Source: a virus (Duplodnaviria; Caudoviricetes). Taken from it: 64,000 bases of DNA. The stretch spans positions 256,001-320,000 of IMG/VR virus record IMGVR_UViG_3300010429_000387; one strand, given 5' to 3'. The position numbers and the translations under genes are program-made. Shown here one piece after another: positions 1 through 10,400 of this stretch; within the stretch, counting starts at the first letter, position 1; each line of letters opens with the position of its first letter. The notes under the pieces were generated by a model. It was not told the origin of the DNA and made no database searches. It saw only the letters and a list, made by a program, of their open reading frames with translations.

Positions 1-2
1 CT

Positions 3-506
3 GAGGACCTGAAGGTCTTCGTCCAGCTCCTCAAGGACAAGAAGTGCCAGCAGACCACCCAACCCACCTTCAAACTGGACCCAGTCAACATCGTGGTGGA
101 CCAGGATGGCCGGGTCTACTACTCCGGGGCTGAGCCCCACCCCTACACTCTTCGGATGAGCTGGTGCAACTACGAGGTGACCGCCACTGGGAAGGTGGAC
201 CTCGTAGTTGCCAAGAAAGAGCCCCCCACTTGGGGGTTCCGATTCCGGCCCAAGTTTGCTGGGAGCTTCCTCTTCGTAGACGCTTTCGAGCGCCCTACCG
301 CTGCTGAAGCTGTTGATGTCGGTTTTCTTTGGGAATTTCTCTACTGGAAGTCCCTGAACCTCAACCTTGCCACCGGATTCAGGTCGGCTGGTGCTGGGGT
401 CGGCTTCGATGTGACCAAGAACTTCGGTGTCTATGGGGGTTACGCCTTTTCTTGGTGGACTCTGAAGCACAACCCTCAGGCCGGGCTGTACTTCGCTTTC
501 TGGTGA
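3..506 (+). CDS. Hypothetical protein, 5'-truncated by the window; beta-strand-rich C-terminal half ending in aromatic residues (possible outer-membrane protein)
   Basis: Frame open from position 3 (EDLKVFVQ...). Alternating aromatic/Gly strands; ends ...AGLYFAFW. Confidence 0.6.
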   Translation, partial: EDLKVFVQLLKDKKCQQTTQPTFKLDPVNIVVDQDGRVYYSGAEPHPYTLRMSWCNYEVTATGKVDLVVAKKEPPTWGFRFRPKFAGSFLFVDAFERPTAAEAVDVGFLWEFLYWKSLNLNLATGFRSAGAGVGFDVTKNFGVYGGYAFSWWTLKHNPQAGLYFAFW

Positions 507-521
507 ACTCGGAGGGTCATC

Positions 522-701
522 ATGGGTGCTAATGAAAAGCAGCAGCTATCTGAGCTGAAAGTAGAGGCAGAGCAGTTCCGGAAGGCCGTCGAAGACCTCC
601 ATGAAGTAGTCACCACCCTGAGCGAGGCATCTCCAACAGAATCCGGGTTGCGGCTCACAGGGTCGGTAAAGGCTCAGGATCCGGTGTATCAAGTGGCCTG
701 A
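522..701 (+). CDS. Small hypothetical protein (59 aa, MGANEKQQLSELK...), missed by the ORF track
   Basis: GGAGG at 511, ATG at 522; its TGA overlaps the next ATG (TGATG). Confidence 0.6.
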   Translation: MGANEKQQLSELKVEAEQFRKAVEDLHEVVTTLSEASPTESGLRLTGSVKAQDPVYQVA

Positions 702-2440
702 TGCCCGAAGCTACACCCACTGTTTCGCCCGCCGAACGGTTCAAGCAGGTCTACGAGCAGCTCCAGAAGGTTCGAGCGAGCAAGACCGTAGAGCTGAAGC
801 CGACCAAGATGCTCCGTGAGACCATCACGGGTTTCGACGGAACCCTCCAGCCACTCAAGCTCAGGTACTACCAGGCCCAAGGAATCTACCACCTCTTGGT
901 GGTCTCCCGGATGGTTCTGGGGGATGGGACCGGCCTAGGGAAGACCGTCCAGGCTCTTGGAGCCCTCTGCTACGTCTGGGATCGGGACCCAGAGTACAAG
1001 GTCATGGTGGTCTGTCCCAAGTCCGCCATCGGGCAGTGGGCTTCGGAGATCGACAAGTTCACCCTTGGGGTGAAGTGGTTCATTGCCTCGGGTACTGTTC
1101 AGCAACGGATTGCTGCTTACCAGGCGTGGGAGAAGCATGTAGGCCCAGCAGTCTTGATCGTGAACTACCACGGCCTGGTCCGAGACTGGGACCATGGGAT
1201 CAAGAAGGAGGCTCCCCCTCCTGGGTCGAAGCCAGGTACCCAGCCGACCTTGGGTCGAGGTCTTCTCGATGCCATGACGTTTCGATTCCCGAAGCTCACG
1301 GTCATCTTCGATGAGGCCACGGCATTCAAGAACCCGAGCACGAAGACCCACCAGACCTGCAAGTTCCTCTCCCAGAGGGCCAAGAAGGTCTGGGGTCTCA
1401 CGGCAACCCTCCTCAAAAACAACTTGATGGAGGGCTTCGGCATCTACAAGGTCATCCGACCGGAGACCTTCAGCACCAAGAGTGCCTTCCTCGACACCTA
1501 TTGCGTCACCGAGCTTCAGCGGGTCAAGGGAGGGGGCAAGATTCCCATCGTGGTCGGGTACCGAAACCTGGAGCACTTCCGAAAGACCATCGACCCTTTC
1601 TTCTACGGGAGACCCAAGCACGCTGTCTCTACTGAACTCCCGGCTCTCACCACCCGAGAGATCACCTGCGAACTGTCCCCAGTTGAGGATAAGAAGTACG
1701 CTGAGGCTCTTGCCGGAATCCTGGAGATGGGTGACGGAGAGCTTCGGGACTACACTGATACCAAGCAACTCACGAGCCTCATCTACGCCCAGGAGGTCTG
1801 TGACTCTCTCGGGCTTCTCAAGTTTGAAGATGGTGACGAGGTTGGGGACCATGCCTTCGAGGGTCGAAGCTCGAAAGAGTCTGCCTTGGTGGACCTCATC
1901 ACCGAGGAGTTCGACGGTGAGAAGGTCATCATCTACACCCGCTTCGAGAAGCTGGTGGGACGCCTTCAGAAGATCCTAGCCAAGGAAGGGATCAGGAGTG
2001 TTGCCATCACCGGCAAGGTGAACAAGGCGGCTGACCGAAAGAAGGCCCAGGACCAGTTCCAGGACCTCAACAGCAAGGTCTCGGTCATCTTCATCACTGA
2101 CGCCGGGAGTGAGGCCATCAACCTTCAGGCGGCCTCCGCCATGGTCTTCTTCGATACCCCTTGGAGCTGGGGGAACTACGTCCAACTCCTTGGCCGAATG
2201 ATCCGAATCGGGTCTCCCCACCAGAACGTTCTGGCAATTCACCTCATCGCTCGAAGGCCCGGTCAGAAGGGCAAGAAGAGTGAGACCATCGACCACAAGG
2301 TCGTCCAAAAGCTCCGCCGGAAGAAGGGGCTCATCGACCAAATCATCGGTGAGGCAGCCGTTGGGGCCTTGAAGTTCGAGCGTGGTGAAGGTGACCTCAA
2401 GGAACTGCTGCATTCCATCAAAGAAGACGCTCGGGGCTGA
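701..2440 (+). CDS. SNF2-family (SF2) helicase/ATPase
   Basis: Motif I GDGTGLGKT, Ia VCPKS..QW, II DEAT, III LTAT, V AGSEAINLQ, VI QLLGRMIRIG. Confidence 0.9.
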   Translation: MPEATPTVSPAERFKQVYEQLQKVRASKTVELKPTKMLRETITGFDGTLQPLKLRYYQAQGIYHLLVVSRMVLGDGTGLGKTVQALGALCYVWDRDPEYKVMVVCPKSAIGQWASEIDKFTLGVKWFIASGTVQQRIAAYQAWEKHVGPAVLIVNYHGLVRDWDHGIKKEAPPPGSKPGTQPTLGRGLLDAMTFRFPKLTVIFDEATAFKNPSTKTHQTCKFLSQRAKKVWGLTATLLKNNLMEGFGIYKVIRPETFSTKSAFLDTYCVTELQRVKGGGKIPIVVGYRNLEHFRKTIDPFFYGRPKHAVSTELPALTTREITCELSPVEDKKYAEALAGILEMGDGELRDYTDTKQLTSLIYAQEVCDSLGLLKFEDGDEVGDHAFEGRSSKESALVDLITEEFDGEKVIIYTRFEKLVGRLQKILAKEGIRSVAITGKVNKAADRKKAQDQFQDLNSKVSVIFITDAGSEAINLQAASAMVFFDTPWSWGNYVQLLGRMIRIGSPHQNVLAIHLIARRPGQKGKKSETIDHKVVQKLRRKKGLIDQIIGEAAVGALKFERGEGDLKELLHSIKEDARG

Positions 2441-2462
2441 CCTCGGTGTATAGGGGGTAGCT

Positions 2463-3410
2463 ATGAGCGAAGACCAACCTGTCTACTCGCCAGGGGACCC
2501 AAACTGCACTCTTTGTGGGGGTTTGGGTATGATCCGAAAGGGCCTCGACACCTTCCAGTGCCGTTGTGCGTTCGTCAAGAATGTGAAGCGTCGGCTTGGG
2601 AAGGACATCATGAACGCTCACCCAGCGGTCTACTCCTCTCCGCTGTACGAGCCCGCCAAAGACGGTGGTCTGCCAACTGTAGACCGGACGACCGAGAACT
2701 TGTTCATCCGTGCCAGGTGGGAGGATTTCCTCCCCCACTTCAAGTTGGCGGCAACCAACCTTCTGTCGAGGACCAGCTTTCAGTGGTACTTCCAGATCGT
2801 CACCGATGAGCGAATCAAGTCGGTCTACGTCGGGAACGAAGCCTACAATGCTCGGGCGAGGAAGAAGCGAGATGACGTTGTCACCTTCAACAGCCTGGCC
2901 GATCTGATCGGTGGGGACTTTGACTTGGTGGTCATTCAGCTTGGGTATCTTGGACACAAGAACGTGGCTGCCCCAGGGGCTTTGAAAGAGGCCCTTCTCA
3001 TCCGACAGGCTGCCAACAAGCCCACCTGGATTGTTGACCCAAACGAAGAAGCGGGCAGGTTCCAACCGGGGCACCATGCCTATAGCCAGGACTTGGCCGA
3101 GTACCTTGCCCTACGCTACCTGGAGTTGGACCTCAAGATCGAGAGAGAGGTCCCCTTGCCGAAGCGAATCGAGACCGGCTACCAGGGGGCTCCCATTTCA
3201 ACAGGGGACGAAGAGGGGCTTGCTTTGGATGATGCTGGTGACCCTCCCCCACCTCGCCAGGTCCCCCAGCGCATGAAGATACCCAAGGGTCCACCTGTAG
3301 ACCTGACCCCCTCTTCAACGGTTGACCTCAACAACGATCCTGTCCTGGGTACAGGGTCGGGAGCCAAGAAGAAGTACAAGGGTGGTCGTGGCTTTGGGGG
3401 TGACCAATGA
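2463..3410 (+). CDS. Zn-finger protein, possible degenerate helicase loader (DnaC/DnaI-like)
   Basis: N-terminal CxxC...CxC; directly upstream of and coupled to dnaB; no intact Walker A. Confidence 0.45.
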   Translation: MSEDQPVYSPGDPNCTLCGGLGMIRKGLDTFQCRCAFVKNVKRRLGKDIMNAHPAVYSSPLYEPAKDGGLPTVDRTTENLFIRARWEDFLPHFKLAATNLLSRTSFQWYFQIVTDERIKSVYVGNEAYNARARKKRDDVVTFNSLADLIGGDFDLVVIQLGYLGHKNVAAPGALKEALLIRQAANKPTWIVDPNEEAGRFQPGHHAYSQDLAEYLALRYLELDLKIEREVPLPKRIETGYQGAPISTGDEEGLALDDAGDPPPPRQVPQRMKIPKGPPVDLTPSSTVDLNNDPVLGTGSGAKKKYKGGRGFGGDQ

Positions 3411-6166
3411 AGGGCCTTCTGCGAAGTGTTCTCGACATTGATGGGGGCATCACCCAAGAGAACCTGGTCTCCAACTTCCAGAAGCTCTTGGCCTCCAAGG
3501 TTGAGTGGACCCAACCTGCCGATCAGAGGATCTTCGACTTTGCCAAGGTCTACTTCCATCAAAGGCTCGAACTTCCTGCCCGGCAGACGGTAGCGGACTA
3601 TTTTGAAGCCAAGAAGGACTACGAGGCTCAGGAGAGACTCAAGGACTTTGATGGGGTCACGGCGTACATCCGGACGAACTACGCCCACCTTCTCAGCACG
3701 ACGGTCGAGGAACAGAACAAGATCAAGGCTCTAGCCATCCTCAAAGAGGCCCAGGAGATCATCGCCAAGGGCCTCGTGATCGGGGATGAGAAGAAGCAGG
3801 GCCTTCGGGATGGGATCCTGCACTTTACCCAGAGTGCCCATCAGCTTCTCGTGTACGAGCACAACTCCCGTCTCCAGGGGAACATCCGGGAAGACGGGCA
3901 GGCTGTCTGGGATGAGTACCTGGACGCCAAGTCGAACAAGGCTCTCGCCTGGGGCAAGTTCTGCGGACTCAACAACATCGACAAGGTCATTCGAGGCATC
4001 AAGAAGGGTGAACTCTGGCTTCACGCTGCCTTCACAGGTGAGCTGAAGTGCCTTCCTGGAGATGCCACTGTCTTTGACCACCGGACAGGTACCAGGCGTT
4101 GCCTTTCCGAGCTGTACGCTTCTGGTGACCTCCCCGTTGTGACTGCCTTGGACCGAGAAGGTGAGACTTTCAACCTTCTCCCTGCCCCTGCTTCCCATCT
4201 GGTCCAGAATGGGGTTCGTGAGGTGTTTGACCTCAATCTCTCGTCCGGTCGGAGGGTTGGGGCTACAAGCAACCACAAGTTCTTCACCCCCTCTGGGTGG
4301 AAAGAACTTGGTGACTTGCATGAAGGTGACTTCGTAGCGGTACCTCGTCAGATGCGGGTGGCCGCAAAGACATCACTCTTCACAGATGCAGAGGTGAAGG
4401 TCGTCGGCTATCTTCTCGGTGACGGCTCCTTCAAGGAGTACATCTCGTTCACGGCATCCAATGAGCACATTCGAGATGACTTCAAGGAGTGCCTCGTTGA
4501 GATGGGCCTCCAGGAGGGTTCTGCGGACTACGTCACAGCTTCGTTCAGAGATGAGTTTTCAAACGACCGGGCTCCTTGCATTCGTGTGAGCCACAGCACG
4601 GGAGTTGGGAACTCGGAGATGGTGTCCCCTGTCAGATTGCTCCTGGACTCACTGGGACTTTGGGGTCTTGGTGCTGGGGACAAGCGAGTCCCCAATGAGT
4701 TGTTTGGCTTACCGGAGAATCAAGTAGCCCTCCTAGTGGGGGCCTTGTGGTCAACAGATGGGTCATGCTGCACCGGAGATTACGAGATGGGTGATCGAGC
4801 TACCCCGTGTCGTCGAAATGACATCACCTATGCCTCCAAGAGCTTGACTCTGTGCTCAGACATCCAGTCCCTCCTTTTGCGATTGGGTATCCAGTCTTCA
4901 GTCACCCAGGTAGATACTACCTACAAAGGTGAGCCCTACACGTTCTACACGGTGCGGGTAGTCACCAACCACTCAAAGCGAAAGTTCGTGGAGACCATCC
5001 ATGTGGTGGGCAAAGACTCCAGGTTTGCAGTCTTGTGGGGTCGGCTTCCAGATACCGACGGGAGGGTAGTTCCGTCGGTATTTCTTCCAGATGACCGCAA
5101 AGTACCCATGTCACGGGGGTACTATCGCTACTCCAAGTTCGCTAAGGACCGTCCAACAGTTACTCTTGAGTGGGCTAGAAAGTTCTCTCAACCGGGGGAC
5201 ACCCTCCTCAATCATGCCCTTGATGGGGACTTGGATTGGGAGCAGGTCAAGTCAGTCACCCGTCGTGGAATGGAGATGACCTACGATCTATCTGTTCCGA
5301 AACATCACTCTTTCGTGGTGAATGACATCGTGAGTCACAACACCACGTTTGCCATGAACTGGTGCTACAACCTCGTTACTCGGTACCGTTCCAACGTCTA
5401 CTACGTCACGTTGGAGATGCCCTACGAGCAGGTCCGCAAGAAAATCTACGTCATCCACTCGGAGAACCCCATCTTCGAGGAGATGGGCTACAAGCCTCTC
5501 GACTACGACAAGGTCTGTGCTGGAACTCTGACTCCTGAAGAGGAGGCGTTCTACCAGATCGTCATCAAGGACTTCTGCAACAACCCGGAGTATGGCTCCT
5601 TCGATGTCTGGGGTCCGGATGAGGATGTCACCACCGATGACATCAAGATGCAGGCGGAACTCCGGCACCAGCAGGAGGAGATCCACCTCCTGGTCATCGA
5701 CCACGGTGGCCTGGTTGAGGCCAGGAAGCGCAAGAGGGGTAAGGACTACACCATCGAGCTGAACTCAGTCCTACGGGATGCCAAGAAGCTCGCCCTTCAC
5801 TTCAACCACGGTGAGAAGGTCCCAGTCTTGTTGCTCTTCCAGATCAACCGAGACGGCAAGGACTACGCTGACAAGATGGAGGGCCGCTACAAGCTCAGGG
5901 CTCTCTCCTATGCCAACGAAGCTGAGCGCTCAGCGGACGTGATCACCACCACCTACCTGAACGAGGACCACCGAAAAGCAGGTACCGTGCTCTTCGACTG
6001 CCTCAAGCGTCGAGACGGAGCGTTTTTCGCACCCTTCCTGGCAGCCGTCCACTGGCCGACACAACGCATCCTGAATCACGAGACGTTCCATGGGGCCAAC
6101 GACAAGGGCCTCTCGATGGATGAAAGTCGAGCTGTTCAGGACATGATGTTCCAGATCCAGGTGTAG
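3407..6166 (+). CDS. dnaB: DnaB-like replicative helicase containing an intein
   Basis: Walker A AAFTGELK/TT split by the intein; TLEMP, LLVID, QINR, AERSAD motifs. Confidence 0.9.
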   Translation: MKGLLRSVLDIDGGITQENLVSNFQKLLASKVEWTQPADQRIFDFAKVYFHQRLELPARQTVADYFEAKKDYEAQERLKDFDGVTAYIRTNYAHLLSTTVEEQNKIKALAILKEAQEIIAKGLVIGDEKKQGLRDGILHFTQSAHQLLVYEHNSRLQGNIREDGQAVWDEYLDAKSNKALAWGKFCGLNNIDKVIRGIKKGELWLHAAFTGELKCLPGDATVFDHRTGTRRCLSELYASGDLPVVTALDREGETFNLLPAPASHLVQNGVREVFDLNLSSGRRVGATSNHKFFTPSGWKELGDLHEGDFVAVPRQMRVAAKTSLFTDAEVKVVGYLLGDGSFKEYISFTASNEHIRDDFKECLVEMGLQEGSADYVTASFRDEFSNDRAPCIRVSHSTGVGNSEMVSPVRLLLDSLGLWGLGAGDKRVPNELFGLPENQVALLVGALWSTDGSCCTGDYEMGDRATPCRRNDITYASKSLTLCSDIQSLLLRLGIQSSVTQVDTTYKGEPYTFYTVRVVTNHSKRKFVETIHVVGKDSRFAVLWGRLPDTDGRVVPSVFLPDDRKVPMSRGYYRYSKFAKDRPTVTLEWARKFSQPGDTLLNHALDGDLDWEQVKSVTRRGMEMTYDLSVPKHHSFVVNDIVSHNTTFAMNWCYNLVTRYRSNVYYVTLEMPYEQVRKKIYVIHSENPIFEEMGYKPLDYDKVCAGTLTPEEEAFYQIVIKDFCNNPEYGSFDVWGPDEDVTTDDIKMQAELRHQQEEIHLLVIDHGGLVEARKRKRGKDYTIELNSVLRDAKKLALHFNHGEKVPVLLLFQINRDGKDYADKMEGRYKLRALSYANEAERSADVITTTYLNEDHRKAGTVLFDCLKRRDGAFFAPFLAAVHWPTQRILNHETFHGANDKGLSMDESRAVQDMMFQIQV
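4049..5341 (+). mobile_element. Intein with LAGLIDADG homing endonuclease in the DnaB P-loop (431 aa)
   Basis: Starts CLPGDA, block B ATSNHKF, LAGLIDADG-like GYLLGDGS and ALWSTDGS, ends VSHN followed by Thr. Confidence 0.93.
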
Positions 6167-6174
6167 TAGAGGGA

Positions 6175-6390
6175 ATGAGCTGCCTTCTATGTGGGGGGAC
6201 CGGCCTGAGGGTTGTATCTCGGGCCGGTGACCCCGTGCCTGGATACCCTCAGAACGGACACACCCGAACGGTCTTTGCTTCGACTACCTACGTGACTTGC
6301 GACTGCCGCATTGTTCGTCTAGGCCCCATTTCACCGAGCCTTGAGGTTCCAGCCCCAACCAGGTTCGAGAGGGTAGTGGACCGTGCATGA
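6175..6390 (+). CDS. Small Zn-finger hypothetical protein with C-terminal TRFERVV tag
   Basis: CxxC...CxC; GAGGG RBS; coupled to the next gene. Confidence 0.7.
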   Translation: MSCLLCGGTGLRVVSRAGDPVPGYPQNGHTRTVFASTTYVTCDCRIVRLGPISPSLEVPAPTRFERVVDRA

Positions 6391-7019
6391 AGAAAGAGGA
6401 CTTCCGAAAGGCTTACGAGGATAGCCAGCAGAAGGGGACCTACCTCATCTGGGTCAACCAACGGAAGGAGACCCTGAAGTCTAGCGTCTCTGCTCATGAC
6501 GTTCTCCGGCACTTCGGGGTTGACCTGAAGTTCAGTGGGGAGCGAGAGGAGCAGATTTGTTGCCCCTTCCACGGTGACAAGGACCCTTCTGCCCGAATCT
6601 ACACGGCCCAGGGGGACAGTCCCTCGGGGGTCTACTGCTGGGTGTGTCGGAAGAGGTGGGACATCTTCGGTCTGTGGAAGGAGTTCCACGGGGACTCGGA
6701 GATGAAGTTCACAGCGGTCCTCCTCGGCTTGGAAAAGGCTTTCGGAATCATCACCCCCGAGGCTCCGGACATGAGCCGGGACTACGGTCCTCGGGGGCCT
6801 ACAGACGAGGAGCAGGCCGTTCTGGACCGGCTGGAGGTCTGTGAGCGACGGCTGAAGTTGGCGAAGCCCAGCTTCCAGTTCAAGGGGTTCCTCACCATCG
6901 GGAAGCTCCTCGACAACCTCCATTACCAGATGAAGCATGGGCTCATTGACGTAGACCTGGCGGACAGGAACGTACAGCTCATCCTCAACAAGATTGGGGA
7001 GAAGACAAGAGGTGGCTAG
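6387..7019 (+). CDS. Stand-alone CHC2 zinc-finger (DnaG primase N-terminal-like) protein
   Basis: CPFHGDKDPS...YCWVC...WDIF; no TOPRIM domain in this ORF. Confidence 0.8.
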   Translation: MKKEDFRKAYEDSQQKGTYLIWVNQRKETLKSSVSAHDVLRHFGVDLKFSGEREEQICCPFHGDKDPSARIYTAQGDSPSGVYCWVCRKRWDIFGLWKEFHGDSEMKFTAVLLGLEKAFGIITPEAPDMSRDYGPRGPTDEEQAVLDRLEVCERRLKLAKPSFQFKGFLTIGKLLDNLHYQMKHGLIDVDLADRNVQLILNKIGEKTRGG

Positions 7020-7440
7020 GAGACTGAAGCTCAAAACAGTGGAGCTGGGGGACCTAGAGTTGTTTCTCATCTACCAGTATGGGGACAAGTGGGAGTCCGA
7101 TTGGCTACCCCTCCAAGGACAGATAGTCACGGGCCTGCTGACTGTGGTTACCCAGGAGACGATGGACCATGCCCTTCGGGGGTGGACCAGTCCCCTGGTG
7201 AAGTCCCTCGGGGTCCCCCCTGAGGGGGCGATTCGGAAGCTCCCAAGTCAACTGTGCTACCGAAGGGATCCCTGCCCCTTCTACCAGAAAAAGACCTGCA
7301 TACCAACGCACCCCAAGATGCCGTGGTGCTTTGAGCCTGAAACCATTGAGGATCCCAACGCCAGAAGTCTTGCTGCTGAGTTGGTTCGGCTGTGGCGAGA
7401 AGGGGTGTACGTAGTGGTGGTGACCCATGCCGCTGAGTGA
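7012..7440 (+). CDS. Hypothetical Cys-rich protein
   Basis: Fills the gap, overlapping both neighbours; GTG start inferred. Confidence 0.65.
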   Translation: MARRLKLKTVELGDLELFLIYQYGDKWESDWLPLQGQIVTGLLTVVTQETMDHALRGWTSPLVKSLGVPPEGAIRKLPSQLCYRRDPCPFYQKKTCIPTHPKMPWCFEPETIEDPNARSLAAELVRLWREGVYVVVVTHAAE

Positions 7441-10400
7441 TTTTCTTTCAGTTGGGGAGGTCCTTGGGATCTCTGAGTGGCTTCAGGGGGAAGAGATAGT
7501 CCCCCTGTCCCTCTCGTCCGTACTCGCCAAGCTACCACTCCAGGAACAGGTACCCACCTTGCCCTCGCCTTCTGAAGATGATGACGATCTGGCCCTTATC
7601 CTTGGGCAGATCGAGAACCCTTCCGCTCAAAGTCCAACCCCGGAGACAGAGCCAGCAACAGCAGAAGAGGACCTCCCCCTTCCCGTGGATGAACCTCAGG
7701 TCCTTCAGGCCGTCCCCTATCGGAACCTCGAAGAGGATGATGACGATGAGCCTGTGATGACCCCCGAGGCCATTATGGAGTCACAGGGGACTCAGAAAGA
7801 GGGGGGAGCAGCGGACATCGTCCGAGCTTGGATGCTTTACCACGAGTTTGTCGTGGTAACTAGCGTTGAGCAGCTAGACCAGATTGTAACGGAGGCCATC
7901 AAGGCTGGCCGATGCGCCCTCGACCTTGAGACAGAGGGCTTGGACAACCGAATCTACTACCGTGACCCGAACGAGATCCGGGGGCCTATCGAGGAATACT
8001 GGGAGGACATCCGGCCCCCTTCAGTGCCTCAGACAGTCCACAAGATCGTGGGTTACTGCCTTTGCTACGATGGGCACACTGGGTACTACGTTCCTGTCAG
8101 GCACAGCGGGGAGGATAGTGCCAAGGAGAACATCGACCCCATCGAAGCTGGGAAGATCATCAAGAAGCTGTGCTTGGCTGCCCAACCTGTCCTATCCCCT
8201 GAGGGAGCCAAGGTGGACCCTCTTGCGAGCCCGATCTTCCAGAAGCCTCCTCGGGTCAAGATTTACTTCCACCATGCGAAGTTCGACCAGGAGTTCCTGT
8301 TTCCGGTTACGGGCATTGACTACTGGCACCCAGACTCCTTCGAGGACTCCCTTCTCATCTACTACTGCATCTTCACTGGGGACAAGGGTCTTGGACTCAA
8401 GCACAAGAGTGAAGAGAAGCTGGTCGTCCTCGACAAGAATGGCACCCCAGTTCGAGGCCACATCCTCAAGGACCACAAGAACCCCCTTCAGGAGATCGTC
8501 AAGGAGGACCCCAAGGGCGGGACCATCCCCTACAAGATGATCGAGCTGAAGGAGCTTTTCCTTCGGGGGAGGAAGATCGACTTTGCCAGCCTGAGTCCAG
8601 AGGAGGCCAGAAGGTACGCCTGTTCGGATGCCATCTGCACCTTCCTTCACTGTGACAACCCGGTGCTTCTCTCGACGATTCGGGACAAGAAGTACGCCAA
8701 CACCTATCGCTTGGAAAAGCAGGTGGCCCAGGTGCTTCGGTGGATGGAGCGTCACCGGATCAAGATCGATCACGAGTATGTTCGGAGCCTCTTCACAGAG
8801 GCTCGGGCTGAGGCTGATGGGTATCGCCAGCAGATTCTCGAACTGGCTAACCAGATGGGTTGGGCCAATTTCGACCCGAACTCGACCCAGCAGCTCAGTG
8901 AGTTCTTGTTCAACCACCCCTCTGGGCTCAACATCGAGCCGAAACCGGACAAGAACGAGAAGTCTGGGCAATACAAGACTGACGCTGACACCCTCGAAAA
9001 GCTGGTTGAGGACCACCCTGACATCAACTCGGTGCTCCTGACTATCGTCAAGTACCGTCAGGTCGAGAAAGTCATCGGCACCTATCTCGAAGGGATGCTG
9101 AACAACTGTGACTCCAACTCAGAGTTGAGGTATCAGTTCAAGCAGACCGGGGCACCGACAGGACGCTTCACGGCCCCTGCTGGGGACCCAGAGCATGGGT
9201 ACGGAGGGATCCCCATCCACGGGATCCCAGCCACCTATGACGAGAAGAAGCCCAAGGTAGCAACGGCCCTTCGTCGGGCCTTCGTAGCCCGAGATGGCTA
9301 CACGATGGTCAAGGTGGACTTTGCTGGTGAAGAGCTTCGCATTGTCACCAACCTCTCGAAGGAACCCGTCTGGATCAAGGAGTTCAACGAGGGTACCGGA
9401 GACCTCCACACCATCACGGCCAAGGCTTTCTTCGGGCCGGAGATCACCAAGCAGCAACGGCAGATGGGCAAGAGCGCCAACTTCTCCCTCGTGTACGGGG
9501 GTGGAACCATGGCAATCATGCGGGCTACCAAGTGTACCCAGCAAGAAGCTGCCCGCCGTAAGGCCAACTTCGACAAGTCCCTCCCCCAGTTTGCCGAGTG
9601 GGTCAAGGCCCAGAAGCAGAAGGTCAAGAAGGATTGCGGGGTCTTCACAGCCTTCGGTCGCTGGATGGCGGTACCCGATGCAAACAGCCCGGACAAGGCT
9701 ATTGCGGCTGCCTGTGAGCGCTACTCCCTGAACTACCCGATCCAGGGCTCAGGCGCCGATATCATGAAGATCGCCATGGTTCTCCTGTACAAGGAGTTCT
9801 GGCGTCGGGGTTGGGTCCAGAACGCTACCGCTCGGTTCATGCTCACGGTCCATGACGAAATCGTCTTCGAGGTGAAGCACGAAGCCCTCATGGAGGTCAT
9901 GCCAGTCATCGAGCACCTGATGACCGCCCCTGGTCGAATGGCGGTTCCGAAGTGGGATGTCCAACTGGAGGTGGAGCCCCTTCTCGACCTACACTGGGAC
10001 CCGAAGTACGACTACCACAAGATCATGAAGGGCTACATCCCTGAGAAGGGGAAGAAGCCAGGGAAGAACGACATCCAAGTAGGGGACCGGTGGTATCAGC
10101 CAATCCCCAAGTGGTTGGAGGGCCATATCACGCCGGACTACATGCGGTCTGGTGAGAAGCCCGCCCCTCAACTACCCTCGGACCCGGTGGCCCCCCCGGT
10201 CCAGGTTCCAACTCAGGCCCCAGAGACCCCCAAGGAAGCGACTCCGAAGGCCCCCCCAGCTCCGACATCAGTGGCTCCCTCAGCCCCAGTACAGGCCCAG
10301 CCAGCCCGACCCTCACAGGTCCCACCCAAGACGAACGGCAATGGGAAGAGGGTTGATGTTTTCTCCTACGGCCTGAACCTACTCACCTCAGATACCGTGA

